A DNA stretch of 64,000 nucleotides from positions 1-64,000 of the forward strand of contig JBEUKZ010000046.1 in NCBI GenBank assembly GCA_048128005.1. Reading direction: 5' to 3'. The translations under genes were made by a program, and so were the position numbers. This DNA comes from Veleropilina oligotropha. Lineage: Eukaryota. This document shows positions 1 to 13,270 of the stretch, piece after piece (within the stretch, counting starts at the first letter, position 1; each line of letters begins with the position of its first letter). The notes under the pieces were generated by a model. The model worked only from the letters and a program-made list of their open reading frames with translations. It made no database searches and was not told where the DNA came from.

Positions 1-199
1 ATCATATCTTGAGGCAAATCGTCATAATATTATGCCATATAATATAATATTATATGGAATGATTACGCTGAGAACAACATTGTATATTTTCTCTCATACT
101 TGTTATCATATTATCATATATTATATCTCATCATTAAAGTAATTTTCTAATAAATCAAATTAATAAGCAAAGTGTCGTGTTTGGCTGTTAGGACTTTCT

Positions 200-1245
200 A
201 CCCTTCATAACAGGCATCCTTCAACAGGTGGGTGTGTGTAAATTGGCATTTAATTACCATGCCAACTGTGGATGGGAAATGAATATTCTTCATGCGGATT
301 GTTGATGGTGACACTCTTGGGGACCCACACCCATAGACAAGGGTTAGAACCAATGGCGTGTAGCATTTGTAGTCCGGTATCACGTTTCTAACTATTCCGT
401 TATTATTACTACTATATATACTAGAACTACTTCCCTACGCCAGCAACAGGATTGAGGATATTTGCGTTTAATCATACTTGGAACGTTTTACTGCCAAATA
501 ATTAGAATGAAATATGTACTTATGTGTATAACACTGAAATGATTTACCTTTAGTACATGTACGAATTTAAACAATCAATTCCGGCATCAAAGTGAAAAAT
601 AAGATGATGAATTGATGTTTAAAGACGACGCCACCATTATTTCGGTTATAAATCGGGTTTATCAACTTTGTATGATGAAATGAAGTGGTGCTGTGTGCAA
701 TGGAGGCAGCGATCATGGAAAAAAATCCCCGACACTCCCGGTGCGTGAACCGGTGACCTCCCGTTAGGAGACAAGCGCCATATTCACCCAGCCATGCTGC
801 CCCCAATGTGAAAGTTAAAAATTGATCCATTAGTCTAAATATCGGAAAAGAGGTCCACATCGCCGAAGACTTTATGTAAATCATTTAGGTTTACGACCTT
901 ATTTTAATACTATCTGTAGTCGTGGTCACCGACATAACGTCTTATCCGACAGACGGATACTGTGTGCAATGTAGACGAGGTATACCTGTGACAAATTATC
1001 GTCACTCCCAGATATACCTAGCGTCATAGTGCAGCATCATAACCACTAAGCTGCGGCCCGTCGGCACATCGCCGAAGAACGACCTCGTAAAAATCCAACC
1101 GAAGAAAAGCATTGATAAGTTTTCAAAGTTCCAACAAGATCGAGCAATCTATTTGGACATGAAGAAAGGTTTATCTGTTGTTTGTTGATTTCAAATAATA
1201 GAAGCACAAATATATATGTGACGGCGGTAGCTTGGGTGAACAAAT
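200..1245 (-). pseudogene. Decayed GT92/DUF23-like glycosyltransferase remnant
   Basis: Joining frames gives, in GT92 order and roughly GT92 spacing: FTQ..TYIF..YY (~1240-1195), YLGVTIIC..TVSV (~1020-955), HKVFG (~870), RLMDQFL..LGA..Y (~830), LIN.IYNRN (~660), ELIV (~575), KS..INNP....IH (~315). Many stops and frameshifts. Confidence 0.55.
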
Positions 1246-1304
1246 AATGTATTCACAGACCATATGCAATTAAGACCTTGTGTTTATCTTTTTCAACAAA
1301 AGAA

Positions 1305-1569
1305 ACCGGAAACGATCGATACTTAATGTCCTGTATATTTCATACAATCATTAGGTTCAAAGCAGGACATGTCCATATTATCGCGGAAGGAAAGCCCGGT
1401 TGCCCGGGGAAACCCCCCCTCTCCGACCAGTTACGGACAAAAGTGACTCATGACTTGAACAAATAAATGTGATGTCCCAACCGAGGTTCGAACCCACTAC
1501 TGTTCGTGTCAGCGGACTCAGTGATTTTTCGGAGTCCACAACCGTAACCATACAACTGTCGGAGTGACC
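1305..1569 (-). mobile_element. tRNA-derived SINE family A (V-domain-like), full length
   Basis: B box GGTTCGAACC, central GGGTTTCCCCGGGCAACCGGGCTTTCC motif; 16-bp TSD tttttcaaca(a/g)aagaa at 1289-1304 and 1570-1585. Confidence 0.9.
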
Positions 1570-1994
1570 TTTTTCAACAGAAGAATAATTTTAACTCTCA
1601 TGAATTATCGATTATATTATCAAGAATATACACAAGTATTATTCATTGTTATCGCGAAATTAAAATGTGGAAAGCTGTAAAGTTATGTAAATGGTCGAAT
1701 TGGTTTCGAACCGAAACAATGATGTGCACGGATTTTGAGTATTCTGACATCATCTAATCCTATCGCCAATAGGTAATTATGATTTGCAGATCGGGTAACT
1801 TATCAACAAAAACACAACTGGAGGAGATAATTTACCATGCGTGTAACGCTGTGATATCAACAAAACGTGTGATAGTGTCCTGATGCAAACTAGACAACTT
1901 GTGAGGTTATTTGACATATCCCGATTTGATCAAAATTGCAAATTTCAGAATATTAATTATATTTATAATATATTATTTCAAAATATGTAATAGA

Positions 1995-2105
1995 TAATAC
2001 CCTGAGACCGGCGCAGATATCTGACATAACGACCTGGGCACAAGCGAGGGCGTTATGTGTATATCACACAATGATGTCAGTGTATTATATGCCATTATAT
2101 ATATA
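1995..2105. mobile_element. Fragment of a hairpin-type non-autonomous element (Crypton-like)
   Basis: Imperfect inverted arms (ataatac..gatat..acataacg / cgttatgt..atatc..gtattat) around a GCGAGGG loop. Confidence 0.35.
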
Positions 2106-2259
2106 CATTACCAAGACAATCTATTGTGAATTTCAAAAGTGTTACCCCTTAAATGTATAATGAATAGCAGATATCACCCCAGGGGTGCATCATGAGTTAG
2201 GCAAATTGTTAATTGCTTTATCAGGGAGTGTGTTACCTTGTCAATATCCCCTCGCGAAT

Positions 2260-3090
2260 AGAAGCTCAGGTTTAATCACATTGTCTGTGAAACAATGGAG
2301 AACTGGTCGTAAAGTTCAGTTGTCTGTATATCAAGCCTATGATATGTATGAATATATACAGATTGTTTCAGGAAAAAATGTAAACATCGATCCAAATCAT
2401 GAATATCAAAACCTGTTAATCGTTTGGAATTTCATTATTTGAAATATATTTACATATTTACGTTGATTCTCCATTACAAGTGACATTCATTAACATTGAC
2501 ATTTGTGAATTTCATTTGATGACAATATAATCATATCGAGTTTATGATAATTCAATGATTGAAAACAGCACATGTGCATATTACAATGTAACATCGAAAT
2601 TTTAAATATAAAATGATTAAAGATGAATTAATTATCATTAAACTCTAATTAAGTATTGTCATTATTGCGGTTTAGATTTATCAGTCTTCAAGTGAATACG
2701 AAAGATCGACATTTGGTATTAATTTATCAGATCATAAATATGTTATATGACCAGCGATATTTACACCTGCACGTCCCTCAATTGATTTTTGCAGGTGTGC
2801 TTGACTAGATCAACGAAATGTGGGTCAACAAAGTAACATGATAGAAAACTGGCTGGCAACTGATTTTATTATTAATTCATAGTTGTAGACTTTGCTTTGC
2901 ACGCAGATATATACCTGACATTGCGTGGGTATTGAGTTCAAATTAATGAGAACATGAAAGTATAAAAATATTACTCATTACCAAAATCCGAAGAATGTAT
3001 CCTGAAATAATACAATTATGCAGTGTTTACAGTTAAGATGTACAGCAAAGTTGTCTTTCCAATAAATATGCTGACGAGGTTGTTCGAAGC
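2260..3090 (+). pseudogene. Possible decayed GT92-like remnant
   Basis: QW..LSVYQAY..IQIVS (~2295-2370), DIYTC (~2760), DFAL (~2890), W.IEF (~2930), QCL..ADEVV (~3020-3085). Spacing is irregular. Confidence 0.3.
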
Positions 3091-3477
3091 TAGTCGAAGT
3101 TGATGGGCTTCCTCTCTATAGTTGACGTGGCTCAAATGTCTATTCAAATTTTCCAAATACGATAATTTTGTTGTATTAAAGCGTCTGTTAGTTTCAGTCT
3201 TTTATCCAAAGACTAATTAAATTTTATCGAACGACTGGTTTGACTGATAGACAATAGCATATACATATACATGTAATGCCCACATTTACCTCCATGCTAC
3301 ATGGCCTTTTCTCTCGAGCGTCAATCTCACACTCCCCACCCCTTGGATGAAATACAGTCAATTCACTAACACTAACAGTTATGACGTACATACTGTCAAT
3401 TTCTTTGGTTGTCAACCAGGTATCTCCCAAGAAAGGCTGAAAGCTTCAAGGATACCAACTCACAATGACAAAACGTG

Positions 3478-3860
3478 TTTTATTGTATCCCCGAAATTTA
3501 ACATTTCGGGGATAGTATGGTTTAGTCATCGTTCAGCCACCGCCGCCGCGTCCGCCGCAGAGATTTCTTGTGTGCGTTCTACAGTGAAAGGTTCTAATCT
3601 GATTTTATTCAAATTTGCTATGCACGTCAGTTATGATGAGGACACGCCACCTAACGATTTTCGTCGTTTTCGGATACAAGATGGCCATTTTGTTTGGATA
3701 GATTTCCTGTGTGCGCTTTACAGTGAAGAGTTCTTATCCGATTTGATTCATATTTGGTATGCGCGTTCGTTATGATGAGTACATGCCGCTTAAAGATATT
3801 CGTCGTTTTTGGATACAAGATGGCCGCCATGGTGGCCATTTTATTTGATGAGATTTCTTG
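3478..3860 (+). mobile_element. Non-autonomous Helentron/DINE-1-like element with internal ~140-bp tandem repeats
   Basis: T-rich start, subterminal hairpin CCCCGAAAT..ATTTCGGGG, short (GCC)n tract, two ~140-bp units ending in CAAGATGGCC. Confidence 0.6.
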
Positions 3861-6040
3861 TTATCATTACAATTGAGGCCGTTTATCTTGTCTTTTCTCG
3901 CACTTTAGAACCCAACCGATTCATTTAAATACATGAAAAACTTCACAGGCATATACAGTATTCTTGAACAGTTAGTTGCAAGTCATCAACAAAATAACAA
4001 ATTGTATTTTGCCCAGTCTGAAAGTTGTCACGCAATATGGAAGACTTGTTAAATGATTTGTGAACCAAAACTCATAATATAGGCGAAATTTCACTATACG
4101 GCATATATTCCTATCATATTATTTGTTGTGTTAGTCTTCACGAGTGTCCGTGTTTGTTGTAAGCTGACCTCGCGAAATCAGTCAGCTCAAGTATAGTCAT
4201 ATTTTCAGGTCAGGGGTCGAATTTGACGTCACAATGGACCGGCCACTCGGAATCTTTTAAATTCGATGGCAACATCGTTGTCCGCAAATTGGTTACTTAA
4301 CAGGAACAATAGCATTAGGACTCTTTGGTCTAGTGTGTCGTCACCTAATAAGTGTTCGGGAAATTTCGGGGTGACTTGCTAAGGATCTTTTGTATCCATG
4401 TATTGATAATCTAATTCAGAATAAATAAATATACGATAGCATTGTTATCAGCCAGAATATAATGTGTGTTCACAACTCCGTTAAGTCAACGAACTCACCA
4501 TTGCATGATCCTATTTTTCAGGACCTCGCAAGGGAAATTATGTGTAAAAAGAGGAATACGACTAACTTATATAATTTATTGGTGCTCGCACCTTGAGCTT
4601 CGCATGTACAGTGCTAGTTGAGCGTAGAATTAATATCCTTTTAATTATGATATATGTAAAATATGCTTACTTTTTGTGAGGCAACATATGAATAAGCCTA
4701 GACTACCATGTATTTAGGATGGTCCAATTGTTTTTTTATATAATTTTAGGTAGATGAAAGCATATCATTACAGGACATGACGACATCTATGCGTGGCTAT
4801 ACAGAACGTACTGGATGGTATAATGAGAAAAACTGCTGAAGATGATATTGACATCGTTGTCGTAACATTGAAAAATAGCGAGAATACGTAATATCAAGCC
4901 ATATTTAAATTACGAAGGAATTGCATTTGGCACCGTATGCTTGCATTTTTTGCGCGATTAACTTGAATATTTGCATAAAATGGAATGTTCCGAAGGCTTG
5001 GTTCGCTTAGAATATGATCCGGACTTTATGGCGTCATTTCCGGTTTTGCTGCTCTAGCGGGAAACCTATTAGTCCTATAAATGCCTGGCATTCACTATCA
5101 TGTTCTTTTTACCTGGATGAGTGTTTACAATATCAAGTCTTTTGTTAATCTTTGTCAGGATGAATAATATAAAATTCTAGCTTTTTACGAGATTAACACG
5201 CGGTATTATCAACCTGGGAAAATTAATATCATCAAAGTGAATTCGGAGAAAGTATTCTCAGAAATAATGATTTCGTTTTGTGACTGAATAACAAAGTCGA
5301 TAAATATTCTGTTTTATTTCTTAAAATTGTTACCTTCCTCGTTACCATGTAAATCTCGACAATCTGTGATATTGCAGAACACTCGGCTCTAATGTAACGA
5401 CGACGACATTTCGACGGTGTGATCTAAGTGTAAATGGTATCAGTTATTTGTTTTTTCAATATCTGATCCAGATATTAGTCAACATACGTAAGCTGTCATT
5501 TCAAATTATATCTGGCCATTATTTGACTCTTGTCCGATTATTGTTTTGAAAACACCTTTTTACAATACAGCTGGCAATAACATCCATATTACGTTTTGTA
5601 GGTTTTTGTGTCTAACAGCTTTCTTGCAATAAATAATGTATAACTAAACAGCGCCAAATGACTAAGATTGAACGTTTATCGAGGACATATGTCGTCCATT
5701 GCATGATGTATAATCAATCACCAGATTAAAATAATAAGCCTCTGTTGCAATATTAACAATAGCGATAATTGAGGTGTTTAGCAATCGCGGATAAAAAGAT
5801 TTAGCCAACTAAGCACGGCATATTTAAAGGATTTTTGGACAGATTATATGGTCACCGTGTATACTATTTTTTAAGCTGCTGTAGTGCACACACACAGCAC
5901 ATATTTTATGTTACGTAGATACTAACAGAAAATGTTTCTGGAAGTAATTCCAAGACTTCCTGATCTCTAAACAATCACGAAACTATCCATTCTGCTGCTC
6001 TCACAATAATATATAATATTACTATTCCATATTTCAACTA

Positions 6041-6261
6041 AATGTCTTTATATTTCCAAACATTAGGTCCAAAGGAGGACATGTCCATATTATCGCGGAA
6101 GGAAAGCCCTGCTGCCCGGGGAAATCCGCCCTCTCCGACCAGTTACGGAAAACTGTGATTCATAACTTGAACAAATAATGTCATGTCCCAAACGAGGCTG
6201 TTCATGATATCGGAATCAAGCCAGAGTCTGCAACCGAAACCTCAAGCCTGTCGGAGCAGCC
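6041..6261 (-). mobile_element. SINE family A
   Basis: Aligns to 1305-1569; TSD catatt(t/a)caacta at 6028-6040 and 6263-6275; sits within a diverged local duplication (5920-6040 vs 6297-6435). Confidence 0.85.
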
Positions 6262-6569
6262 TCATATTACAACTACATATGATAGAATAACATATGAACT
6301 AATAGAAAATGTTCCTGGAAGCAATTCTAAGAATTTTGTGATCTCTAATTAAGTAAGAATCTGTGCATAAAAATAATCATTTAATCTGCTCCCACAAGTA
6401 CCTTCATTGTGATATTACTGATCCATATTTCAATTACATATGATAAAAAAACAGTCGACTGCGAACATAATATGATCTCACTAGCTATTTAAAGTTATAG
6501 ATGAATTTTTAAATTAATCCTGATTTCGTTGCGTTACATTATAATGTTTTTGCGTAAACTATGTCCTCA

Positions 6570-7324
6570 TTGGATGCGGACAGCTGCACCAATCTTCTCG
6601 TACACGGCACACCAATTCGTTTAGACTGCGTACCTATATCCTTTACGCCTATCACTCTGAGGATGGTGTGATTCGGAAATCGTAGAGCACAAAACTTTCT
6701 TAGGTAACAACGGTCGGGGGGATTAGTTCATAAAGTCGCCAATTTCGTCTCATTATTTTCCTCGTTCCAGGTGGAAAGGAGGGCTAAAAAACTGTTTATC
6801 CAATATACTTGAATCTTTACACAAGGTTCGATGTACCCGTGGCTAGATCTTCCACAAAGAAGCTACGGATCGGAATTCATATCCTTATTTTATTGAGAAA
6901 TTTCTGGTTTTCGGTAACAGAAGGTATTTCGCCATAACTTCACGTAATGTTCGAAACCCACGATCGTGATACCAATGGTTTTCAAGGTCAAAAATATGAT
7001 AGTAGCAGTATATACCGGCTAATTCATAAGTAAATTGCCACGATGGTTCTTGGCTAGTGTTTCAATTTCGCATGAATTATTTCACACCTTGGATGAGACA
7101 GTTGTCAACATTTATCACAATCAACAGGACTTAACATATGTGAATGGTCGATCTCTCTCTGACGTTTACTCTTACGGACAAAGGAAGCGCCATACAAAAA
7201 TATAAATGCGTGCAATGGTGATACTTGATTACAATTATTCAGAATACAGGTTGCAAAACTGTCTAATATAGGTTTCGGAACAGGATGACCACCAGACATT
7301 TCCATACGAGATCCGTCTGATTAC
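6570..7324 (-). pseudogene. Decayed type II membrane protein exon, GT92-like
   Basis: Acceptor tttcag then ATG at 7305 (MEMSGGHPVPKPIL), hydrophobic stretch, then WQFTYELAGIYCYY, ITIVGFE..TFCY, GYIEPCVRFKYIG*TVF*P, PPTVV, KRIGV. Paralogous to 9520-9789 and 62800-63665. Confidence 0.5.
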
Positions 7325-7559
7325 CTGAAACATTATATAAATGTCATATGATTTTGTCTATTTTCTTTCATTATTTTCCGATATAAATACTGAAGCAAAG
7401 ATATTATTGATCGTAACACATGGCTTCTAAATCGTTAAAATAACCGTAAATGGTATACCGTTGCATTGAAACCGTCACAGAGGAGGTTGCCAGAATAGAA
7501 AACTGTGGGTGTACCGTCAATCAATTATTGTATATCTGTTTCGTCTCTGACGTGTAACA

Positions 7560-9110
7560 ACGCAAAAATAACCGCGATGCGCCGGGAAAAAAAAAATCGG
7601 AAATTCGATTTGACGGTACCGTTTTGTGACGCACATATGAAAACAAATACAGAGGATAATTAATAAAACATGACCCTGACCAATCAGTGTGCCGTTGTAT
7701 GGTTAACATGGTATTGGCAAACCAACATTTCAAATTGAAACCACGCTGTGCATTCATTTTATGTTCGTTGCACAACATGTCTTGTATGGTAGTGAGTTGT
7801 GTGTCTGGCATCTTCCACTTTCGTTACGACCGCTGGATATTCAACGGGAAAATAGAGGCCTTCAGACACCGACGATGTCAAACACCATAATGAAACATGG
7901 ATTCAGACAGTTAGCTGCTAAGAGTTCCTATGAATGAAGCAAACTGTAAAGAAAAGACAAGAAAATAAATAACAAGGCAAACAGTACAAGCAGTAAGATT
8001 GCATACACGACATATAGTCAAAACATGTGATTCACCAAGTAGAAAAACGTGTTCATGCTCACGTATTTTGAAGGACCGGGTGCTAGTTCCTGTCTTGATG
8101 ATGCTGCCAACACCAGAAGCATGAATGACTGCCCCCTACGAGAACATCAGTGTGATTGAATCTTCGATCCTAACTGCGAGTTCTAGCAACTAGCAGGATG
8201 AGAACATGAAATATCATATATATACAGTAGCGGGATGCACCCCAATGTATAAATTGCGAAACATGTAGGGCAGAAATAAACTAGTTTGCATTCAATGCAG
8301 AATAATAGCAGCGGCAATCTGTCTTCTGTGTTGCATGCTAGTGATGTTGAATCACTTCAGGTGTTATTTTTGGGTAGTGTCATGTTTTTTGGTGATCCAT
8401 TCATTCAGCTTAGATAAGCAATAATCCTTTATCCTACTGACGTTTATTTGTGAACAACAGAAATCCACCCAGGCATCTAGATTGTTGGAAACCTTCAACG
8501 AAATCTCAAGTATTTGTTCAGCTCATTTTGATGCTGTGGCCATCCAGAAACGATTGTTGGAAACCTTCAAGGAAATCTCAAGTATTTGTTCAGCTCATTT
8601 TGATGCTGTGGCCATCCAGAAACGACCTTAGCTGTGTCACGCTTGCCGATGGTTCCAAGATTATCATTCAAATATACCAACATTCTGTTTAAGAGATTTG
8701 TTCGAATTTTGAAACAAGATATCAAGAAATCCAATGTACTGTGACCGGGTATAAGGCAATAATTATTTGCCTGTTGAAGATCAAGTTGTTGTTGAGAAGT
8801 ATCGTTGCTTCTGCTTCGGTACTGCGTTATATTGATAAGACTTAGCAAAGAAATGGCGTTGCTGCGCTGTATCCGAATTGGAATTTATCGTAGGGATTGG
8901 GATTACCGAGTCCGTCTGTCATTGACTTTGAAACAATACATAGAAAAAATAGATCGAAGAGCGGAAAAGGGTACCGGCAATCTCAACACTATATTATGGG
9001 AGGACCCGTAGACGCAATGGCAGCACACCACAGAGTTCTCTGTGATCTAACTATTAGTATTCCCTGGTTTGAACTGTCATCATCCATACAGACATTTGAC
9101 ATGGTCTAGA
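7560..9110 (+). pseudogene. Possible decayed GT92-like remnant with internal 72-bp duplication
   Basis: KLKPRCAFILCSL..VVS (~7730-7800), DCWKP..FVQLI (~8480), ETRYQEIQC (~8715), YRQSQHYIMGGPVDAMAAHH (~8970-9030). Confidence 0.35.
8480..8623. repeat. Tandem duplication, 2 x 72 bp
   Basis: 8480-8551 and 8552-8623 are identical except for one substitution. Confidence 0.95.
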
Positions 9111-9519
9111 AAACGGTAATTCAGACGTGTAACAGTGTAACACTGTTGCAAATCACCTGAAGGTCAATTCGTCTAGACAATGTGCATTTGTAGCCAATCG
9201 ATCTGATGATAAGTAAAATATGTGCACAAAAACACACATGCACATACACAAGTGATTACCATGCTATAATAAACAAGCCAAGTAAGGTTTCAACGTTAAA
9301 ATGTATAATATATAGTAAATAATAATGATCTAAAAATATGATGATTTATAATATGTAAAATAAGAGTATACAAACGACTAAAATTTCGTAAAAGGGTTGA
9401 AGATATCAAAATGACTACTAAAACTTCCCACAACACGTGGAATAATGTATGCTTTCATCTTCAATTATAGTTTTCAGCGGCCACCGAATAATTAATATTG
9501 ACAACGCAAAGGTATTTCT

Positions 9520-9789
9520 TTGTTTGTGTTTCAATTCGAATTAAATTTTTCTCAACCCTTAAATGGAACATTCTTCAAATAAGACTTAGCTTCATGTGAG
9601 AATTGTCGATTGATACCCTTTAGTGACTTGTCTTCGGGATATAAGAACATATCATTCACAAATAATAACGTGTGTAATGGCGATATTTTTATTATTATTA
9701 ATAACAAGAATACTTAATATTAAACTTTTAAAATAGGCTTCAGAACAGGATAGCCTCCAGACATTTCCATATAAGCTCCGTCTGATTAC
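9520..9789 (-). pseudogene. Paralogous 5' exon remnant (MEMSGGYPVLKPIL...)
   Basis: Same acceptor context as 7324, ATG at 9770; differences from the 7.3-kb copy are mostly synonymous in this frame; VFLLLIIIKISPLH anchor-like stretch. Confidence 0.55.
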
Positions 9790-10447
9790 CTGCAACATTA
9801 TATAAAATTCAAATGACATTCGGTTATTTTCGTTCATTATTAGGCGTAGGGGGGCAATTTATATATGTCAAAAATAAATGATCCAATTATTGTAACAACC
9901 TACGCTGATCCAATGACCGAGGTTGTAAACGATAATGTTGATGGACGTCGTACTCTACCATATAATAAGCGGCTAAAAGGATAAATACATAAACACCGCT
10001 GATAAATATTGTATTAAACGATGAACGCAATATTGATGAATTCGAGCTCGATGTTTGTTCAATGTATAATATGACAACTGACAGTATCGCGATCAGTTAG
10101 TGATGGTATATGTAGCGTAGTCGATATAAATGCCTCATCAAATAAATTATTGCTTATAATTTATTGCCTTCGACATTTTTAAAGCATTTTTAAAGGCTAT
10201 TTTTGCGCTGACCGTGTACTATTAACTCATTAAGGCGTCAAGTTAGAAAACGAAGCTGACAGTGTAGGAAGTTGTCAGAATTCGTGGACGCACCATCAAT
10301 CATGACGCAAGTAAGACACATCTGTATCGTGCACCACGCTTAAAGGGAAAAATGCATGAAACTACATCGAATAAAATAACAGCCGCTATTTTATTTAGAT
10401 GGGAATTATAGCTAGTTGTGGGATGCCTTCTCAGCCCCGTTAGACCC

Positions 10448-10582
10448 AAGTTGCTCGTAACTGGTCGGAGAGGGCCGGTTTCCTCGGGCTTTCCACCGGC
10501 GATAATTATGGACATGTCCTGCTTTGAATTTAATGGTTGGAAATTTACAGGACATTAAGCATCGATCCTTTCCTTTTCTTTC
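10448..10582 (+). mobile_element. SINE family A, 5'-truncated
   Basis: Matches the family A 3' half, ending ACAGGACATTAAGCATCGATC plus a (CTTT)-like tail. Confidence 0.85.
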
Positions 10583-10928
10583 TGTTAGACGCAGCATGTC
10601 GTTTTAGAAACATTGGCAGATGAACTTTTAAGTAGCAAGGTGAACACAACACTTTTTGGTGGGCCTTAAAACCGGACATAAAACCGGACATGAGCATCGA
10701 TCCAAATCACCAGATATTTGCAAGAATACATGACCCCTGCCTTTTCACGAACGTGACCGAGATTTTCTAAATACTGAAAGTGGATAACCAATGTGGCTTC
10801 AGAGCAGATCGAGTAACAAACACATGGACTGCACTGTTTGAGAGAAATGCCAGGAATAGTATTGTGACCTTTACATCACTATTCTTGTCATGACAAAGAC
10901 CTTCATTATCGAGAATAGTGAAGAACTG

Positions 10929-11250
10929 GGCGCTCTTTCGGTACTTCCCCCACAGCTCCGGCTTTTACTCAACTTTGGAAATCCGGTTTTTCATCTCCGA
11001 CTTTGGACGCGTCGTTAATGTTAAATCCATAGGGACTAGCAACAGGTGAACCTCGGTCAGTCCAGGCTCACCGGGCGGTCCGGTGTATATACGTTTGTAA
11101 AGCCAATACAACTACGTACCCATCACGTGTATCTTATCGCAAGCTGCATTTGCCTTTAGTAGCAGATAATACGCGGAGTGTGAAAATTTAAGACGAATAC
11201 AAGCCGGAGCTCCTTAAATATGATAAAAGCCGGAGCTGTGAAAGAGCACC
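10929..11250. mobile_element. MITE with 8-bp TSD
   Basis: TIRs GGCGCTCTTTC..ACAGCTCCGGCTTTTA / TAAAAGCCGGAGCTGTGAAAGAGCACC; perfect TSD aagaactg at 10921-10928 and 11251-11258. Confidence 0.85.
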
Positions 11251-11483
11251 AAGAACTGTTTTACCCTTCGGAGTGGATAAGTGTGCGTACTCTGCATTCA
11301 CTCGCTTGACTGCTCCGTCTAACATAAATGTCTTCTAATCATGAGTGGGGAACTGATATTCATTTATAGCTACTCAAGACGTTGCAGTTTACATTCATAA
11401 AGAATTATTTAATATTATTGCGGTCATCATTTTCAGAAAGAAGTAGCATCCGCTTATCAACGATTCACCTTCTTCAACAACAT

Positions 11484-11745
11484 GGATTGGATCGATGCTT
11501 CATATCCTGTATATGGCAACCATCAGGTTCAAGGCATGGCATGGCATGTCCATATTATCACGGGAGGAAAGCCCTGTTGCCCGGGAAACCCGCCCCCTCC
11601 GGTCAGTTACGGACAACTGCGATTGATAACTGAACAAATAATGTTAATGCACCAGTCGAGATTCGAACCCACTCCTGTTAGTTAGCGCAAACGAGCCAGT
11701 GATTTCAGGTCGGTTCTCGTGACCACACGACTACCGGGGGCGGCC
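11484..11745 (-). mobile_element. SINE family A
   Basis: Full-length match to family A, including B box and V-like core. Confidence 0.85.
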
Positions 11746-11919
11746 CCTTATTCATTAATGTGCCATTGCAAGGCAAGCATATAAAGTGGAAAGTGCAGAA
11801 GAGAGAAGAGTAACCGGAAGAGAATGAAAGAAAATGTATGAATAAATACATACCACGAGATAAAACATACGTTATAATAATTATTATGGTCAATGTTCAC
11901 TTCATGGATACAACCTGCA

Positions 11920-12090
11920 TGCGGTACTCTTTCTTCGGATAAAGCCGTAAAAGCGGGCCCCTAGCTTAGTTGAACCTACCATTGTATGGTTGACGGACCA
12001 CACCGGACATCGGGCCGGTGTTGCATACATAAACCGTCTAATCGGATGGTGGCGTTAAACCTGGGATTCGACTGCGCTGACGGGCCATTC
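11920..12090 (+). mobile_element. SINE remnant with two Deu/Nin-like cores
   Basis: CTTCGGATAAAGCCGTAAAAGCGGGCCCC and TCGGATGGTGGCGTTAAACCTGGGATTCGAC; same layout as 27291-27520. Confidence 0.4.
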
Positions 12091-12771
12091 ACGCTTGCCT
12101 GTTTGGATAGACAACGGTAAGCTGTGGAGGTGAGGTTGCGCTATCACTTGTGGCAAGTCGCTGAAAAGGTACATTTTCTGAAGTTTATATATTTAACGAA
12201 GAGGTTAATTTTCGATGATATTTGGGTAGCGTTTCAATGGTAAATATTTACCAAAAGGGGATATAGTATGTATTTAACCTTACACTGCACCGGTTTGTGT
12301 TGATCATATAGGCCACACGCGCACACTTCGCAAATGATAGGTAGGCCTATAATAATAGTCAGTGGTCGTAATTCCTAGACATTTTGCTAATACATTATGA
12401 CCCGAACATTATCTACCAACTATTTTTTCGTAGTATAGTGGAACAAAACCTTTATGTGTTATTATATGGCATTTATAGTAGATCAGAGATAATTTCGCAC
12501 TTGACTCTTATATAAAGTGCACTACCAAATTAATTATTTATTTATTATGTCACTACTAAAGCGTCAGTCTCGTCAAAGCGATAACTATATATATAACTAT
12601 CCTATAATCGATCCCATGTGCCTTATCTGGTGGTGGTCAAACCACATCGATAAAGATAACGATCGTCTTGGATTGACTTTATAGCTATCGGGGGCATTCC
12701 TTCCAGAGCGATGATGTCAGACCTAACCTATATCATCTCTTGTGTGCATGTTGCGTCAGCTGAGCGCATTA

Positions 12772-13017
12772 GTTGAGTTGAGTTGACAACTTTGTTTTAC
12801 GACCCCTTTGGCAATTTTTCAGCCTTAACGCAGTCTGGACATCCGGTTTACGGTCTCACTCCGATCTGACCGAAATACAGTAGCCCTAATAGGGATATGA
12901 CATCTATTAATTGTAAGCGTTAGAATAAGCCAGACCGGAGCGGTTTTTAATTCACATCCTACCGTCCTACTTAACGATTTTCCGACGCTCTAACCAGTTG
13001 AGCTATCGAGGCCAGTT
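12772..13017 (-). mobile_element. tRNA-derived SINE family B (Deu/Nin-like core, (CAACT)n tail)
   Basis: A box TAGCTCAACTGG, GATCGGAGTGAGACCGTAAACCGGATGTCC core; TSD ctg(a/g)gcgcatta at 12760-12771 and 13018-13029. Confidence 0.9.
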
Positions 13018-13029
13018 CTGGGCGCATTA

Positions 13030-13270
13030 CATCAACACGTGCACTTTATCATGGAAGAACAACTGATTCTACAGTTGTGTAACCAGTATGTGGAACTCCC
13101 CAAACGTTCCCCTCTGCTGCTGTATTTCATGCATCCAAACCTTTGATTCTTTTGTGTTTGCATTCCTTGTTGACATAAAAGCAACATAGACAATCCGAGG
13201 AGATTGCAAACCATCGCCGCGGTGCCAAGGAACAGGATGATGAAAGCCAGAAATATGTACGAACAATAGG
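13030..13270 (-). mobile_element. PIF/Harbinger transposase N-terminal fragment
   Basis: KVWMHEIQQQRGTFGEFHILVTQL resembles the Harbinger transposase N-terminus (WVH....R...GEFH.L..EL). Confidence 0.5.

Noticed and set aside
2185..2215. HHELGKL as a metalloprotease zinc motif
   Set aside because: It lacks the second histidine of HExxH and has no supporting context.
3070..3110. CTGACGA..GAAG hammerhead-like string (also CTGAGGA at ~6658 and CTGAAGA at ~48617)
   Set aside because: No convincing helix I/II pairing or correctly placed GAAA.
7240..7324. ADAM/reprolysin-like frame VWWSSCSETYIRQF
   Set aside because: Comparison with the paralog at 9.7 kb shows synonymous bias in the MEMSGG frame instead; no HExxH motif upstream.
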